A stretch of DNA of 64,000 nucleotides from Bacillota bacterium (GCA_023396095.1 JAEWXG010000012.1:97718-161717), one strand, 5' to 3'; shown: positions 1 to 8,863, counted from the stretch's first letter. Notes: generated by a model from the letters alone, not told the origin. Translations and numbers: made by a program.

Positions 1-889
1 TGTCATATTCATCGCGAATATGCCAACATCCATCACTAAAAGTAAAATGAACTGGTGGCAATAAAAAAGATTTATTTTCCAACCATAAAATATTTTCATT
101 GTAATTATACGGATCAACTGATTGATTTTCAGTCAAATTAAAACCCATAGATAAATCTTTTCCATCAACCTTCTTCGTGCCAAACCCTGTTGTCCAATAA
201 TATTTCATTGTATATGGATAATATCCTTTATGATCATCAATAATGCCTAGTGTACCTTTATTTGCCGTAAAAACTCTGTCTCCAAACTTAAATGTCCCAT
301 CAACTCTAAACACTTCTTTATGAGAATAAAGAGCTCTATTTTTACCCTTAAATGGAATGCATACATTTGATGGCTCGGTAAATGGTGTTAACTTAAAATC
401 CATAAAAGCACCACCATTTTCTTTAGTTGTAATAAAACCGTCAAATTTTACTTCACTTTTTTCAAAATTATTTTTGAATATATAGTTAGACTTATCACCG
501 ATTTTTAATGATTTTTCACTATCAATTAATGTCCAGTGATTATTAATTTTTCTTGGCGAAGAAAATACCTGCCACGCATATGACTTCTTCTCTTTTTCAT
601 CAAAAAATATTGCAACATTAAACGAAGTGATTCCCAAATCATATATTGCGGCAACCAAAAACCCTTCATCAAATGCAATTTCAATTGCCTCCCAATCTTT
701 TAACCTTTTATTTTTAAACCATTTTGTAAAACCACCATGCACTGGATGTTTTGCATCAAGCATGTTCAAATTTTTAAATGGTCCTTTAAATGTCCCAAAA
801 TTAAATTTTCCTTCTTGATTCACTATTGAATCTGGCGTATCAATTGGTACTCTTTTTTCAGATATCCCTTTTGGCAATTCATTACTCAT
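1..889 (-). CDS. DUF2804-like protein, N-terminal ~296 codons (3' end runs off the window start)
   Basis: Hand translation of the reverse strand from ATG 889-887 (RBS AGGTGGA upstream) stays open to position 1: MSNELPKGISEKRVPIDTP...KRLKDWEAIEIAFDEGFLVAAIYDLG...DDHKGYYPYTMKYYWTTG. It is absent from the ORF track because no stop lies inside the window. The family call is from recall only. Confidence 0.55.
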   Translation of the reverse strand, partial: MSNELPKGISEKRVPIDTPDSIVNQEGKFNFGTFKGPFKNLNMLDAKHPVHGGFTKWFKNKRLKDWEAIEIAFDEGFLVAAIYDLGITSFNVAIFFDEKEKKSYAWQVFSSPRKINNHWTLIDSEKSLKIGDKSNYIFKNNFEKSEVKFDGFITTKENGGAFMDFKLTPFTEPSNVCIPFKGKNRALYSHKEVFRVDGTFKFGDRVFTANKGTLGIIDDHKGYYPYTMKYYWTTGFGTKKVDGKDLSMGFNLTENQSVDPYNYNENILWLENKSFLLPPVHFTFSDGCWHIRDEYD

Positions 890-1038
890 AATTTCCACCT
901 CTATTTTTAGTTTGTTTGTTTTAAAATATACAATTTTTGTACTTTTTCATTATAAATCATTGTAATTAATAAGTCTATAATTCTACATATTTGATTATTT
1001 CTAAATAATACTGACATGCATGCCTAATTCCATTTAGT

Positions 1039-1068
1039 TTGACATATGCGCATGCGCTATACTATAAT
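1039..1068 (+). promoter_or_regulatory. sigma-A-type promoter candidate for the NSS transporter gene
   Basis: TTGACA (1039-1044), 18-nt spacer, TATAAT (1063-1068), 39 nt before the ATG at 1107. The spacer contains the palindrome GCGCATGCGC. Confidence 0.5.
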
Positions 1069-1106
1069 TATTTTTAAAAAGTATATTTTTTAGGAGAAAT
1101 TATATT

Positions 1107-2693
1107 ATGGCAAGTTCATCAAAAAGTGACAGCAAAGGGTTTGCAAGCAAATTAGGATTTATCCTTGCTGCATCAGGTAGTGCTGTAGGTTTGGGAAATC
1201 TTTGGCGTTTCCCTTGGCAAGTTTCAAAATATGGTGGTGGCGCTTTTGTGTTCACCTATATTTTCATGGTTCTTTTTCTAGGAATTATAGTAATGATAGC
1301 CGAAGTCTTAATTGGTAGAATTGGACGTTCTTCATTAGTGGATTCTTACGGGAAAATTAATAAAAACTTAAAATGGGTTGGAATATTAGCAATTTTTGTT
1401 CCTTTCTTTATTTCTTGTTATTATACAGTTATAGGTGGTTGGTCTATTAAATATGCTCTTAACTATTTAGCTGTCGGTAAAAACTTTTATTCAGGAGATG
1501 CCGCACCATATTTCACTAATTTTGTCACGTCAAAAGCCATGGCCCCTATTTTTAGCTTAATTTTTATGGTTATAACAATAATCATTGTTGCAAAAGGTGT
1601 TGACAAAGGAATAGAAAAAGCAAGCAAAATATTAATGCCAGCTCTTGCTGCAATTGTAATCATATTAGCCATTTTTGCAGTATCTAACTCAAATAGAGAA
1701 GGTGTCGGCAAAGGTCTAAAATTCTATATAGGCTCTTTCGATTTTAAAGCTTTAGGATTTAATGGAATTATTGCTGCAATGTCACAAGCATTCTTTAGTT
1801 TATCATTAGGAATGGGTGCAATGGTTGCCTATGGAAGTTATACCGGACGCAAATTAAATTTAGGAAAATCTGCAATCACTATTGCAACATTTGACACATT
1901 ATTTGCATTGATGGCTGGATTCATTATCTTCCCATCTGTTTATGCTCTACTTCCTAACCCAGATCTTGATTCATTAAAAGGAGCCGGCCTAGTATTCATA
2001 GTTCTTCCAGAAGTATTTAAAAATATGGGCAGACTTGGGTCAGCATTTGGTTTTGCATTCTTTATTCTAGTATCATTTGCTGCACTTACCTCATTAATAA
2101 GTTTATTAGAGGTTGTTTCACAATACGCTATTTTAAAATTTAAAGTTAAAAGAAAAACTGCTACTTGGATACTTGGTGGAATAATGGGAATTATTAGTTT
2201 ATTTGTAAGTTTATCTCAAAATGGAACATCATTCCAAGCATTCGGATACGATTTATTAACTTACTTAGATGAAATAACAAATACAGTTCTTCTTCCATTC
2301 GTTGGAGCAATGTCGTTGATATCAGTTGGATGGTGCTTGAAAAAAGAAACTTTAATGCAATATATTAACTCAACACAATCTGATTTTAAAGCAAAACAAG
2401 TTTGGTATTTCTTGGCAAAATTTATTTCTCCAATATTAGCAATAATCGTTTTAATAATGGGATTGAAGGGCAATTTTACCACTGTCGATAAAGAAACTGG
2501 AAAGAACTTCTTTAACAAGCAATATTTAGCTATTCTATTTAGTGCTTTATTCTTAGTTCTTGTTTCTGTAATAGCTAATATTATATGGAATTCTAAAAAA
2601 TATATTGCTTGGGAACAAGCAAAATTCGGAAATATTGTATCAACATTAGATGCAATTATTGCTGAAGAAGAAAAAGCTGAAGAAGAAGACTAA
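1107..2693 (+). CDS. sodium-dependent transporter, neurotransmitter:sodium symporter (SNF/NSS) family
   Basis: 528-aa ORF with an AGGAG RBS. It has the N-terminal NSS signature region GSAVGLGNLWRFPW and many hydrophobic segments throughout. Confidence 0.9.
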   Translation: MASSSKSDSKGFASKLGFILAASGSAVGLGNLWRFPWQVSKYGGGAFVFTYIFMVLFLGIIVMIAEVLIGRIGRSSLVDSYGKINKNLKWVGILAIFVPFFISCYYTVIGGWSIKYALNYLAVGKNFYSGDAAPYFTNFVTSKAMAPIFSLIFMVITIIIVAKGVDKGIEKASKILMPALAAIVIILAIFAVSNSNREGVGKGLKFYIGSFDFKALGFNGIIAAMSQAFFSLSLGMGAMVAYGSYTGRKLNLGKSAITIATFDTLFALMAGFIIFPSVYALLPNPDLDSLKGAGLVFIVLPEVFKNMGRLGSAFGFAFFILVSFAALTSLISLLEVVSQYAILKFKVKRKTATWILGGIMGIISLFVSLSQNGTSFQAFGYDLLTYLDEITNTVLLPFVGAMSLISVGWCLKKETLMQYINSTQSDFKAKQVWYFLAKFISPILAIIVLIMGLKGNFTTVDKETGKNFFNKQYLAILFSALFLVLVSVIANIIWNSKKYIAWEQAKFGNIVSTLDAIIAEEEKAEEED

Positions 2694-2756
2694 TTGCTCA
2701 TTAGAAACTTTTGCTTAATCTATATAGCAAAGTTTCGTTCTTTAAATAAAAATTGA

Positions 2757-2798
2757 TGACCACAAAAAGTATCTATTACTTATGTGGTCACTTTTTTA
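2757..2798 (+). terminator. intrinsic terminator candidate after the NSS transporter gene
   Basis: TGACCACA (2757-2764) pairs with TGTGGTCA (2783-2790) and is followed by CTTTTTTATT. The loop is long (18 nt). Confidence 0.5.
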
Positions 2799-3262
2799 TT
2801 CAGTTATAGTAAAAAATATGGATATCGATATCTTATACTTAGCACCCCTCAACTCCTATGATATACAATTAACAATAGTTTATATTCTACTACAATTAAA
2901 ATCTTGTAAATCTATTGTGACCCTGAAAAAATTAATACTCCAATTTATATGTTATTAGCAGTTTAGCAATGGCATTTTGTTCCATGAACTATAAACAATA
3001 TTGAAATAGCATTTTATCTTTTAGATCTTATTTTACCTTTAAACAAACTTAGGCAAGACTTTCAAAGTAAATTCAACAGTTAAAATTATTGGCCCCAAAA
3101 AGGCTTATTTTTTCATGTTTTTCTTGCCAAAAAATGAGAATGAATATTTATACTCATATTGACTCTTCTTAACCCCAATAAGCTATTGAAGTGATTAACA
3201 AAAATCAAGCACCCAAATATAATTCTTCTTTATTATATGTATGCATTTTACATATTTTTATA

Positions 3263-4414
3263 TCAAACTAAATTACTATAATAATATTGTTCGTTAACGA
3301 AAATTATAGGCATAATCCCAAATGCATCAACTTGTGTTCTATAAGAAGGTTTTCCTACCAAGTTTTTATCCAACATATTAAATACGTTAATATACAAATC
3401 AGATATCCCCGGATTTTTACTCTTTGGGCTTCTTGTCCACAGATAACTAGGATTTGCCTTGTCTAATAAATATTTTGAATTTTTACCTCTTAACATATTA
3501 AATGTTGTATTTTGACTAATATCATAAACAGCTGGAAGAAAGACAAAATCCTTTGTAGTTTCATTATCATTCACTATGTCATTTCCTGTTGAAGTATTGT
3601 GATATAAAATTCTTTCCTTAATAAAACTTTGCTCCTCTTCATTAAAGGCCTTTGCAAGGAAGATTTTATTGAGCCAACTTCTTATTCTGGAATATTTGTA
3701 ATATTTGTCACTTGTTGTATTTTTTCCTTCAATCTCTTCATAATAATCACAAATATCTAAAATTTCTTTTGGTGTAAAATATGTTCCACGCGTAGTATCA
3801 TTTGCAACAGGTTTTACTGTTATTTGCTCATCTACTGGCGCTACCTCCCAAACGATTTTCTCAAATTTATAGTACTGCCCATTTCTAATTTCATATTTAT
3901 TGCCCTGGTCATCATTAACATAAGTGGCTGTTACTACTTGTTGAGAAACATTATTTACCATTAAGCCTGCATAAGATTCCACATATTGTTCCCCTAAAAC
4001 AAGATCGGCTGGATTCACCCTTGAAAAAGGATACTCCCCAAATTTAATTTCTCTAATTGAATATTTTGCTTTTAATGTTATATTTTCTTTAATGTACTCA
4101 CTCTCGGAAAACTTAACTCCATTTAATTCCCAGTTTTCAATTTTAAATTTTGCAAGATCACTTTCTAACCATGTTAAAGATGGCATTGCTTTGATTTTAC
4201 TATTTTTTAAGACAGACAATTCTTTAATTTCATCTTTGTATTTATTATTGAAATAATCATTACCCAAATCAAATTTGACTTTAAAAACCGTACTTTGAGC
4301 ATTTTCTTCCGAAAATTGTTTATCTGCGTCATTTTCCCCACAAGAAACCAACAATGAAACTATCCCTAACGCAATAATCAAAAAGATAACGTATAACTTC
4401 ATACGCTTTTTCAT
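3263..4414 (-). CDS. lipoprotein with a Listeria-Bacteroides (Flg_new/InlB B-repeat)-like segment and a DUF6273-like C-terminal domain
   Basis: Start moved to ATG 4414, which follows a GGAGGG RBS (MKKRMKLYV...). Lipobox LLVSC. The segment FKIENWELNGVKFSESEYIKENITLKAKY resembles the Flg_new repeat. SRIRSWLNKIFLAKAFNEEEQ ... FVFLP ... YLWTRSP resembles DUF6273 proteins (recall only). Confidence 0.6.
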   Translation of the reverse strand: MKKRMKLYVIFLIIALGIVSLLVSCGENDADKQFSEENAQSTVFKVKFDLGNDYFNNKYKDEIKELSVLKNSKIKAMPSLTWLESDLAKFKIENWELNGVKFSESEYIKENITLKAKYSIREIKFGEYPFSRVNPADLVLGEQYVESYAGLMVNNVSQQVVTATYVNDDQGNKYEIRNGQYYKFEKIVWEVAPVDEQITVKPVANDTTRGTYFTPKEILDICDYYEEIEGKNTTSDKYYKYSRIRSWLNKIFLAKAFNEEEQSFIKERILYHNTSTGNDIVNDNETTKDFVFLPAVYDISQNTTFNMLRGKNSKYLLDKANPSYLWTRSPKSKNPGISDLYINVFNMLDKNLVGKPSYRTQVDAFGIMPIIFVNEQYYYSNLV

Positions 4415-4478
4415 GTTTGTTCCCTCCAAATGAATAATTTAATTATATTTTAATATGCTACACAATTATTAGCAAGTT

Positions 4479-4513
4479 AAAAAAATAACAATATAAATAT
4501 ATTGTTATTTTTT
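4479..4513. terminator. bidirectional hairpin terminator candidate downstream of the FNT gene
   Basis: ATAACAATATA (4485-4495) pairs with TATATTGTTAT (4498-4508), flanked by an A-run and a T-run. Confidence 0.45.
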
Positions 4514-4665
4514 ACTATTTTTATTCATTATTTTTTTATTTGTTGGTTTTTTATCTTTTCTTTGTTTTAATTTTTAAAAATATCAAACTATATTTTCATT
4601 TAATACCCAACCCCGAGATATCCGTTTGTAAAAATTATCAAACGATTTAGTAAATAAAAGATTCA

Positions 4666-5322
4666 TTATTCTTCACTCTTTTCATCACGACTTAATCGTG
4701 AAAAAAGTTTAAAAAAAATATCTAAGATAATTGATCCAATGGCATTACCAAAGATCATGATAATTATATATAATAGTGATTTTGCATTAAAAAATTTTGC
4801 ATAAATATAATATCCGCAATTAGCTATGCAATGCTCGAAGCCTGATAATATAAAAATTGATACAGCAACATATGAAATAATAGCCTTCATAACTAAGGAA
4901 TCCGTTTTTTGAGGCAATTTAACGGCTAGATATATCATCACACCACACATAATACTCAATATTAAAATTGAATACCACTTGTCACTCTGTTTTACTTCAA
5001 TTAAAGCTTTTGCCTGCTCATAAAGAAATGTTTTTTGCCTTGTTAATCGCATTAAAAAGGGGATAATAATAACTCCTAGGATATTGCCAAACAATCCGAT
5101 TGCCAAATCAACTAAAAACCTCTTGTTATTATCTAATAAAAATCCTACTTGCCCTGTGTATAAAAATAACCGACATATAATAGTCGCGTACAGACCAAAA
5201 CCAAATAACAATGAAGCAACTATTTTATTCATTGGTAAAACAAACAGATACGCAGTTAAACCGATAGATATTAAAATACCTGACAATATGCTTGATGCTA
5301 ATAATTTTACTAAATTCTTCAT
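4666..5322 (-). CDS. formate/nitrite transporter (FNT) family channel, short form
   Basis: 218-aa polytopic membrane ORF. GFEHCIANCG matches the FNT GFEHSIAN motif, and LFLYTGQ and SIMCGVMIYLA resemble the two FNT signature regions. Confidence 0.65.
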   Translation of the reverse strand: MKNLVKLLASSILSGILISIGLTAYLFVLPMNKIVASLLFGFGLYATIICRLFLYTGQVGFLLDNNKRFLVDLAIGLFGNILGVIIIPFLMRLTRQKTFLYEQAKALIEVKQSDKWYSILILSIMCGVMIYLAVKLPQKTDSLVMKAIISYVAVSIFILSGFEHCIANCGYYIYAKFFNAKSLLYIIIMIFGNAIGSIILDIFFKLFSRLSRDEKSEE

Positions 5323-5507
5323 ATGTTCAACTTATTTAAAATATCACACACTCAATTTTATGTCTATAAAACTTGTATAGTTTATTTTTAGGCTTCATCC
5401 TACTCTAATGCAAAATAAGATAATATCTCCACTCGCTAGAAGGGCCTAATTATATATAATTGCCTTCTCTACTCATAAACACTTTAAAAATTATTTTAAG
5501 GATTTAA

Positions 5508-5660
5508 TAATATATATATACTATTATTCATACACCTATAAATACTACTATTTTTATACCTTAAGTATCAAAAACGATGATAATGTCATTAATTATTACT
5601 GTTTTATTATCAAGTAAAAAATAGCCAATGCTTTCGTATCAGCCATTCTTAACTCCAATG
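5508..5660 (+). repeat. left copy of a diverged ~150-bp direct repeat (partner 15590-15747)
   Basis: Conserved blocks are ATACACCTATAAATACTACTATTTTTATACC and AAAAAATAGCCAATGCTTTCGTATCAGCCATTCTTAACTCCAATG versus the tRNA-distal sequence at 15610-15747. Identity is roughly 70% by eye. Confidence 0.7.
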
Positions 5661-5752
5661 TGTAAGGTAAGTTTAAATAATACTGCACCCTGTTTTGACC
5701 GATGCACCCTCTCTTGTATCAAATGCACTTACCTTAGTCCTGTGATGTAATT

Positions 5753-5861
5753 GCATTCAACACAAGAATTTTCTGTATCAAATAAGCTTACTTTTCTCCT
5801 GAAGCCAAACTGTATTCAATACAAGCATTTTGTATCGAATAAGCCTACTCATCTTCTGAAG
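5753..5861 (+). repeat. two tandem ~50-nt units (period 59 nt)
   Basis: GCATTCAACACAAGAATTTTCTGTATCAAATAAGCTTACTTTTCTCCTGAAG (5753-5804) versus GTATTCAATACAAGCATTTTGTATCGAATAAGCCTACTCATCTTCTGAAG (5812-5861). 42 of 50 aligned positions are identical. Confidence 0.8.
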
Positions 5862-5981
5862 AGTAGGTGCCTAAGGGGTTCAACCCTCGGCTGGTTGTGT
5901 GTGGTAAGTCTATTTGATACATGCACCCTCTAAAACTATAAATGCACCCTCAAAACCATTGTTTTCAGCACTTACCCCTAT

Positions 5982-6012
5982 GTGACACGTGACAAACGTG
6001 ACAGTTGTGACA
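5982..6012 (+). repeat. left terminal hexamer array: 4 x GTGACA, start-to-start spacing 7, 9, 9 nt
   Basis: GTGACAcGTGACAaacGTGACAgttGTGACA. It is the mirror image of 15470-15500, matching at 25 of 31 positions when the right copy is reverse-complemented. Confidence 0.85.
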
Positions 6013-6130
6013 CTTAGGTTAGGTAGGTGTAATCAATACAAGAAAAGATTTTCAAAACGTATTTGATACAGCGTCTATTTTTCTCCTCACGTTTATCTTT
6101 TCTCCCCATTATTGTGCATTTTGGTGACAA

Positions 6131-6161
6131 GAAAAAACATCTACCACAATGGATAGATGTC
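6131..6161 (-). terminator. intrinsic terminator of the fic gene
   Basis: On the minus strand ACATCTA-10 nt-TAGATGT is followed by TTTTTT, and it begins 5 nt after the fic stop codon (6166-6168). Confidence 0.65.
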
Positions 6162-6165
6162 ATTT

Positions 6166-7212
6166 TTATTTTGAAATAATGTAATATGTTGCTCTTCCGC
6201 TTCCCATCTTCTTTATTTCTCCAGCATTGCAAAGTTCTTGTAAACTTCTTTCAACGCTTGTAGAACTTAGAGATGGTGCTAGTTCCACAATATCTCGTTT
6301 AGTAAATTTACCAATCTTATTATTTACTGCTTGTCTTACTACTTCAATAGCAGGTTTCTTTTCTTTAACTAATTCTATTCTCTCTTCAAAATCTCTATAT
6401 GCACTTATAATTGTGCTCAATAAATACTTTATAAATGGTGTTGAATCATCCTCATTTTCGTGCCAATTTTTTTGTGAATCATATAATGCATCATAATATA
6501 AATCTTTATTCTTAGCTATCTTAGCTTCTAATGATATATATTTACCAACATAATAACCAGAACGATATAATAAAAGCGTTGTAAGCAATCTAGACATTCT
6601 TCCATTGCCATCAATAAATGGGTGTATACATAAGAAGTCATGAATGAAAATTGGAATTAAAATAAGTGGATCAATCACCCCTTCGCCAATTGCTCTATTA
6701 TATTCATCACATAGATCTTGCATTGCCATTGGTGTTTCAAATGGTGATAAAGGTGTGAACAAAGTATAACTCTTACCACTTTCATCAGTAGCACTAATAT
6801 AGTTTTGAACATTTTTAAATTTACCACCATACGAAGAAGCTGCATGTGATAACAATATTCCATGAAGTTGTAAAATAAAATTAGGTGTTATAGGAATGGA
6901 ATCAAAATTCTCGTGAACTATATTAAGCGCATCTCTATATCCTGCAATTTCTGCTTCTGCTCTATTTTTAGGAGTTGTTTTTTCATTAACTATTTGTCTT
7001 AATCTAGTATTCGTCGTTCTAATACCTTCTATCTCGTTTGAAGATTCAGTACTTTGTATTTTAGCTATTTCAACTAATTTCTCTAATTCTTGAGGTAATT
7101 GTTTTAAATATAACTGTTGTTTTCCTTTTTCTTCATGAATAACAGATAAATAATTAACTATATCAATATCCCATTTAACATCTTTTAATTTGTTATAATC
7201 AAATACCTTCAT
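6166..7212 (-). CDS. fic: Fic family protein (AMPylase-type), class II with an intramolecular inhibitory motif and a C-terminal winged-helix-like region
   Basis: Canonical Fic motif HPFIDGNGRMSRL (HxFx[DE]GNGRxxR). An N-terminal SNEIEG matches the inhibitory [ST]xxxE[GN] motif. RBS GGTGGTGAG. Confidence 0.9.
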   Translation of the reverse strand: MKVFDYNKLKDVKWDIDIVNYLSVIHEEKGKQQLYLKQLPQELEKLVEIAKIQSTESSNEIEGIRTTNTRLRQIVNEKTTPKNRAEAEIAGYRDALNIVHENFDSIPITPNFILQLHGILLSHAASSYGGKFKNVQNYISATDESGKSYTLFTPLSPFETPMAMQDLCDEYNRAIGEGVIDPLILIPIFIHDFLCIHPFIDGNGRMSRLLTTLLLYRSGYYVGKYISLEAKIAKNKDLYYDALYDSQKNWHENEDDSTPFIKYLLSTIISAYRDFEERIELVKEKKPAIEVVRQAVNNKIGKFTKRDIVELAPSLSSTSVERSLQELCNAGEIKKMGSGRATYYIISK

Positions 7213-7241
7213 TTTCTCACCACCATTTCTTTTTTCTCCCC

Positions 7242-7270
7242 AATTATATCACTTTTGGTGCGAAAAATCA
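7242..7270 (-). promoter_or_regulatory. strong promoter candidate for fic
   Basis: Minus strand: TTGATT (7270-7265), 17-nt spacer, TGaTATAAT extended -10 (7250-7242). Confidence 0.6.
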
Positions 7271-7333
7271 ATGTTTTTTAATAAAATATCATCAGAGCTA
7301 GGTAAAAGTGAAGTTAGGGTTTTTGATTTATTC

Positions 7334-8422
7334 TTAAACTTGATTTTCTTTTAATTTTTGTCTATGACGTGCTTGCCTTTTACGATTAATTGTTCTAACG
7401 CAAGCATCATCTCCACAACACTTTTGATTGTTTCCGTTCTTAATAAACATATTTCCACACACTTCACAATATGATATCTTTTCGCCCGAATCATAAGCAC
7501 CATATTTATCAGTATTTGGATCCTCACTTGGTGCATTTGAAGCTAACAATCTAGCAATACTGTAATAACATATATCAAAAATAGATTCTACATACGCTAC
7601 TAATTCACACTTATTTCTTGAAGTATCATAATATAATGATAGTTTTATTTGAGGAATCATATCTTCAATTTTTTTATAAATATTAATTTTATCTGCTACT
7701 ACTGCTTTTCTAAATTCTTCTTTTGTGTTTAGATGCATATGTGCATGTTCAGCATCTTTTGCTGCTCTTTTTATATCATCCCAATTAGGATCAGCATCAT
7801 ATTTATCAACTATCATAATTAATTCATATTCAGCAAAAAACGGAATTGTATGAAAGAATTCTCCACTTTTTGCATAATTCAATGCCGGTTCAGGATTACC
7901 ATTTAAGCATTCTAAAAAAGCATAAACATATGTAAAAACACTATATAGTTTTGCTAAATCATCAATAAATGTATCAACTTGAAAAACACCATCAGTCCAT
8001 TCTTGAAAATATTTTCTATCCTTCTCCCCTTTTTCAAGTTCTCTATATTTTTCATATAAACTCTCTATATTATAAGGATGAAAATATTCTTTGCACCAAT
8101 TCATAATTAAAGAAGCTACTTTAGTATCAGTTATAGGGCCTTTAAAATTTATTTCTTCTGCTAGATTACATAAAGATACTATTAGCTTTTTACCTGTTAA
8201 TCCTAAATCAATATCTAAGTCTGGTGCTTCATATGGATCAAGTGGATATATTATTTTTCCTTTTATTCCTTTATTAACGATATTAGCTTGATCATCATAA
8301 TCATAATCTTTAAATTTTACGCATTTATAAACAATCTCACCTACTCCACCAATATCAACTAAGCCTAGATGCTTATTATTGGCTTTGGGGAAGGTGATTT
8401 TTTTCTTTCTAATATATGCCAT
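7334..8422 (-). CDS. orphan 362-aa protein with a C-terminal CxxC...CC...C zinc-ribbon and basic tail
   Basis: The ORF is open to 8536, but ATG 8422 (MAYIRKKK) has a GGTGA RBS-like element while the 8536 ATG has none. C-terminus: CEVCGNMFIKNGNNQKCCGDDACVRTINRKRQARHRQK. I can name no family with confidence. Confidence 0.6.
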   Translation of the reverse strand: MAYIRKKKITFPKANNKHLGLVDIGGVGEIVYKCVKFKDYDYDDQANIVNKGIKGKIIYPLDPYEAPDLDIDLGLTGKKLIVSLCNLAEEINFKGPITDTKVASLIMNWCKEYFHPYNIESLYEKYRELEKGEKDRKYFQEWTDGVFQVDTFIDDLAKLYSVFTYVYAFLECLNGNPEPALNYAKSGEFFHTIPFFAEYELIMIVDKYDADPNWDDIKRAAKDAEHAHMHLNTKEEFRKAVVADKINIYKKIEDMIPQIKLSLYYDTSRNKCELVAYVESIFDICYYSIARLLASNAPSEDPNTDKYGAYDSGEKISYCEVCGNMFIKNGNNQKCCGDDACVRTINRKRQARHRQKLKENQV

Positions 8423-8439
8423 TTTATCACCATTTTCTT

Positions 8440-8458
8440 TGTCACGTTTTATGTCACG
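8440..8458 (-). promoter_or_regulatory. two CGTGACA boxes directly upstream of the orphan gene start
   Basis: The plus strand reads TGTCACGTTTTATGTCACGTTTT, a 12-nt direct repeat (boxes at 8440-8446 and 8452-8458). This is the same hexamer as the element-end arrays. Confidence 0.5.
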
Positions 8459-8662
8459 TTTTGAGATGTTCTCTTTCGTTACATTATATCGTAAAATGGT
8501 AGCGAAAACAAGAGATTTAACGGATTTTAGTTTCATTTAATTACTAGTCGTTAAAACAAGTTTCACCCAATTAATTGTTTAACGGTTAATAGTTGCTTGA
8601 TTCTAAATTGGGTAAGTCCTTAAATCTCTTGAATTCAAACATTATTAATGGAGGAAAACAAA

Positions 8663-8863
8663 ATGGAAAAACAAACTATTAGTGTTCAAGAACTAGCCAA
8701 ACAACTTGGTATTTCTGTTCCTAAAGCCTATGAATTAACTAGAACTCCTAACTTCCCTTCAATAAGAATTGGGACAAGAATAATAATTCCAATTGAGGAA
8801 TTTAAAAGATGGTTAAAAGAGACTAGTTTAAAAGAAGGTGCTAATGATGAAGATAAGTTATAA
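8663..8863 (+). CDS. excisionase-family helix-turn-helix DNA-binding protein
   Basis: 66 aa from the ATG preceded by GGAGGAAAACAAA. ISVQELAKQLGISVPKAYELTRTPNFPSIRIGTRIIIPIEEFKRWL matches the excisionase/MerR-type HTH pattern. Confidence 0.75.
   Translation: MEKQTISVQELAKQLGISVPKAYELTRTPNFPSIRIGTRIIIPIEEFKRWLKETSLKEGANDEDKL

Noticed and set aside
627-818. 63-aa plus-strand ORF at 627-818
   Set aside because: It lies antisense within the DUF2804-like gene, whose reverse-strand frame is open across the whole 1-889 interval and has a good RBS.
5868-5900. tRNA-like T-arm look-alike AAGGGGTTCAACCCTCGG, considered as a displaced tRNA 3' fragment (attL relic)
   Set aside because: I could not form a 5-bp T-stem with a 7-nt TTCRANN loop or an acceptor strand on either strand. 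It has no similarity to the tRNA-Leu 3' half.
5661-6165. The repeat-dense region was considered as a possible CRISPR array
   Set aside because: The repeats are 8-12 nt, of several different families, and irregularly spaced in both orientations. There is no repeat of 23 nt or more with uniform spacers, and no cas genes.
5751-6232. Short ORFs 5751-5933 (+, 60 aa) and 6014-6232 (-, 72 aa) in the element's left end
   Set aside because: They run through the tandem repeats, the hexamer array and the fic terminator. They have no RBS and implausible C/W/R-rich composition. The region is better explained as non-coding repeat DNA.
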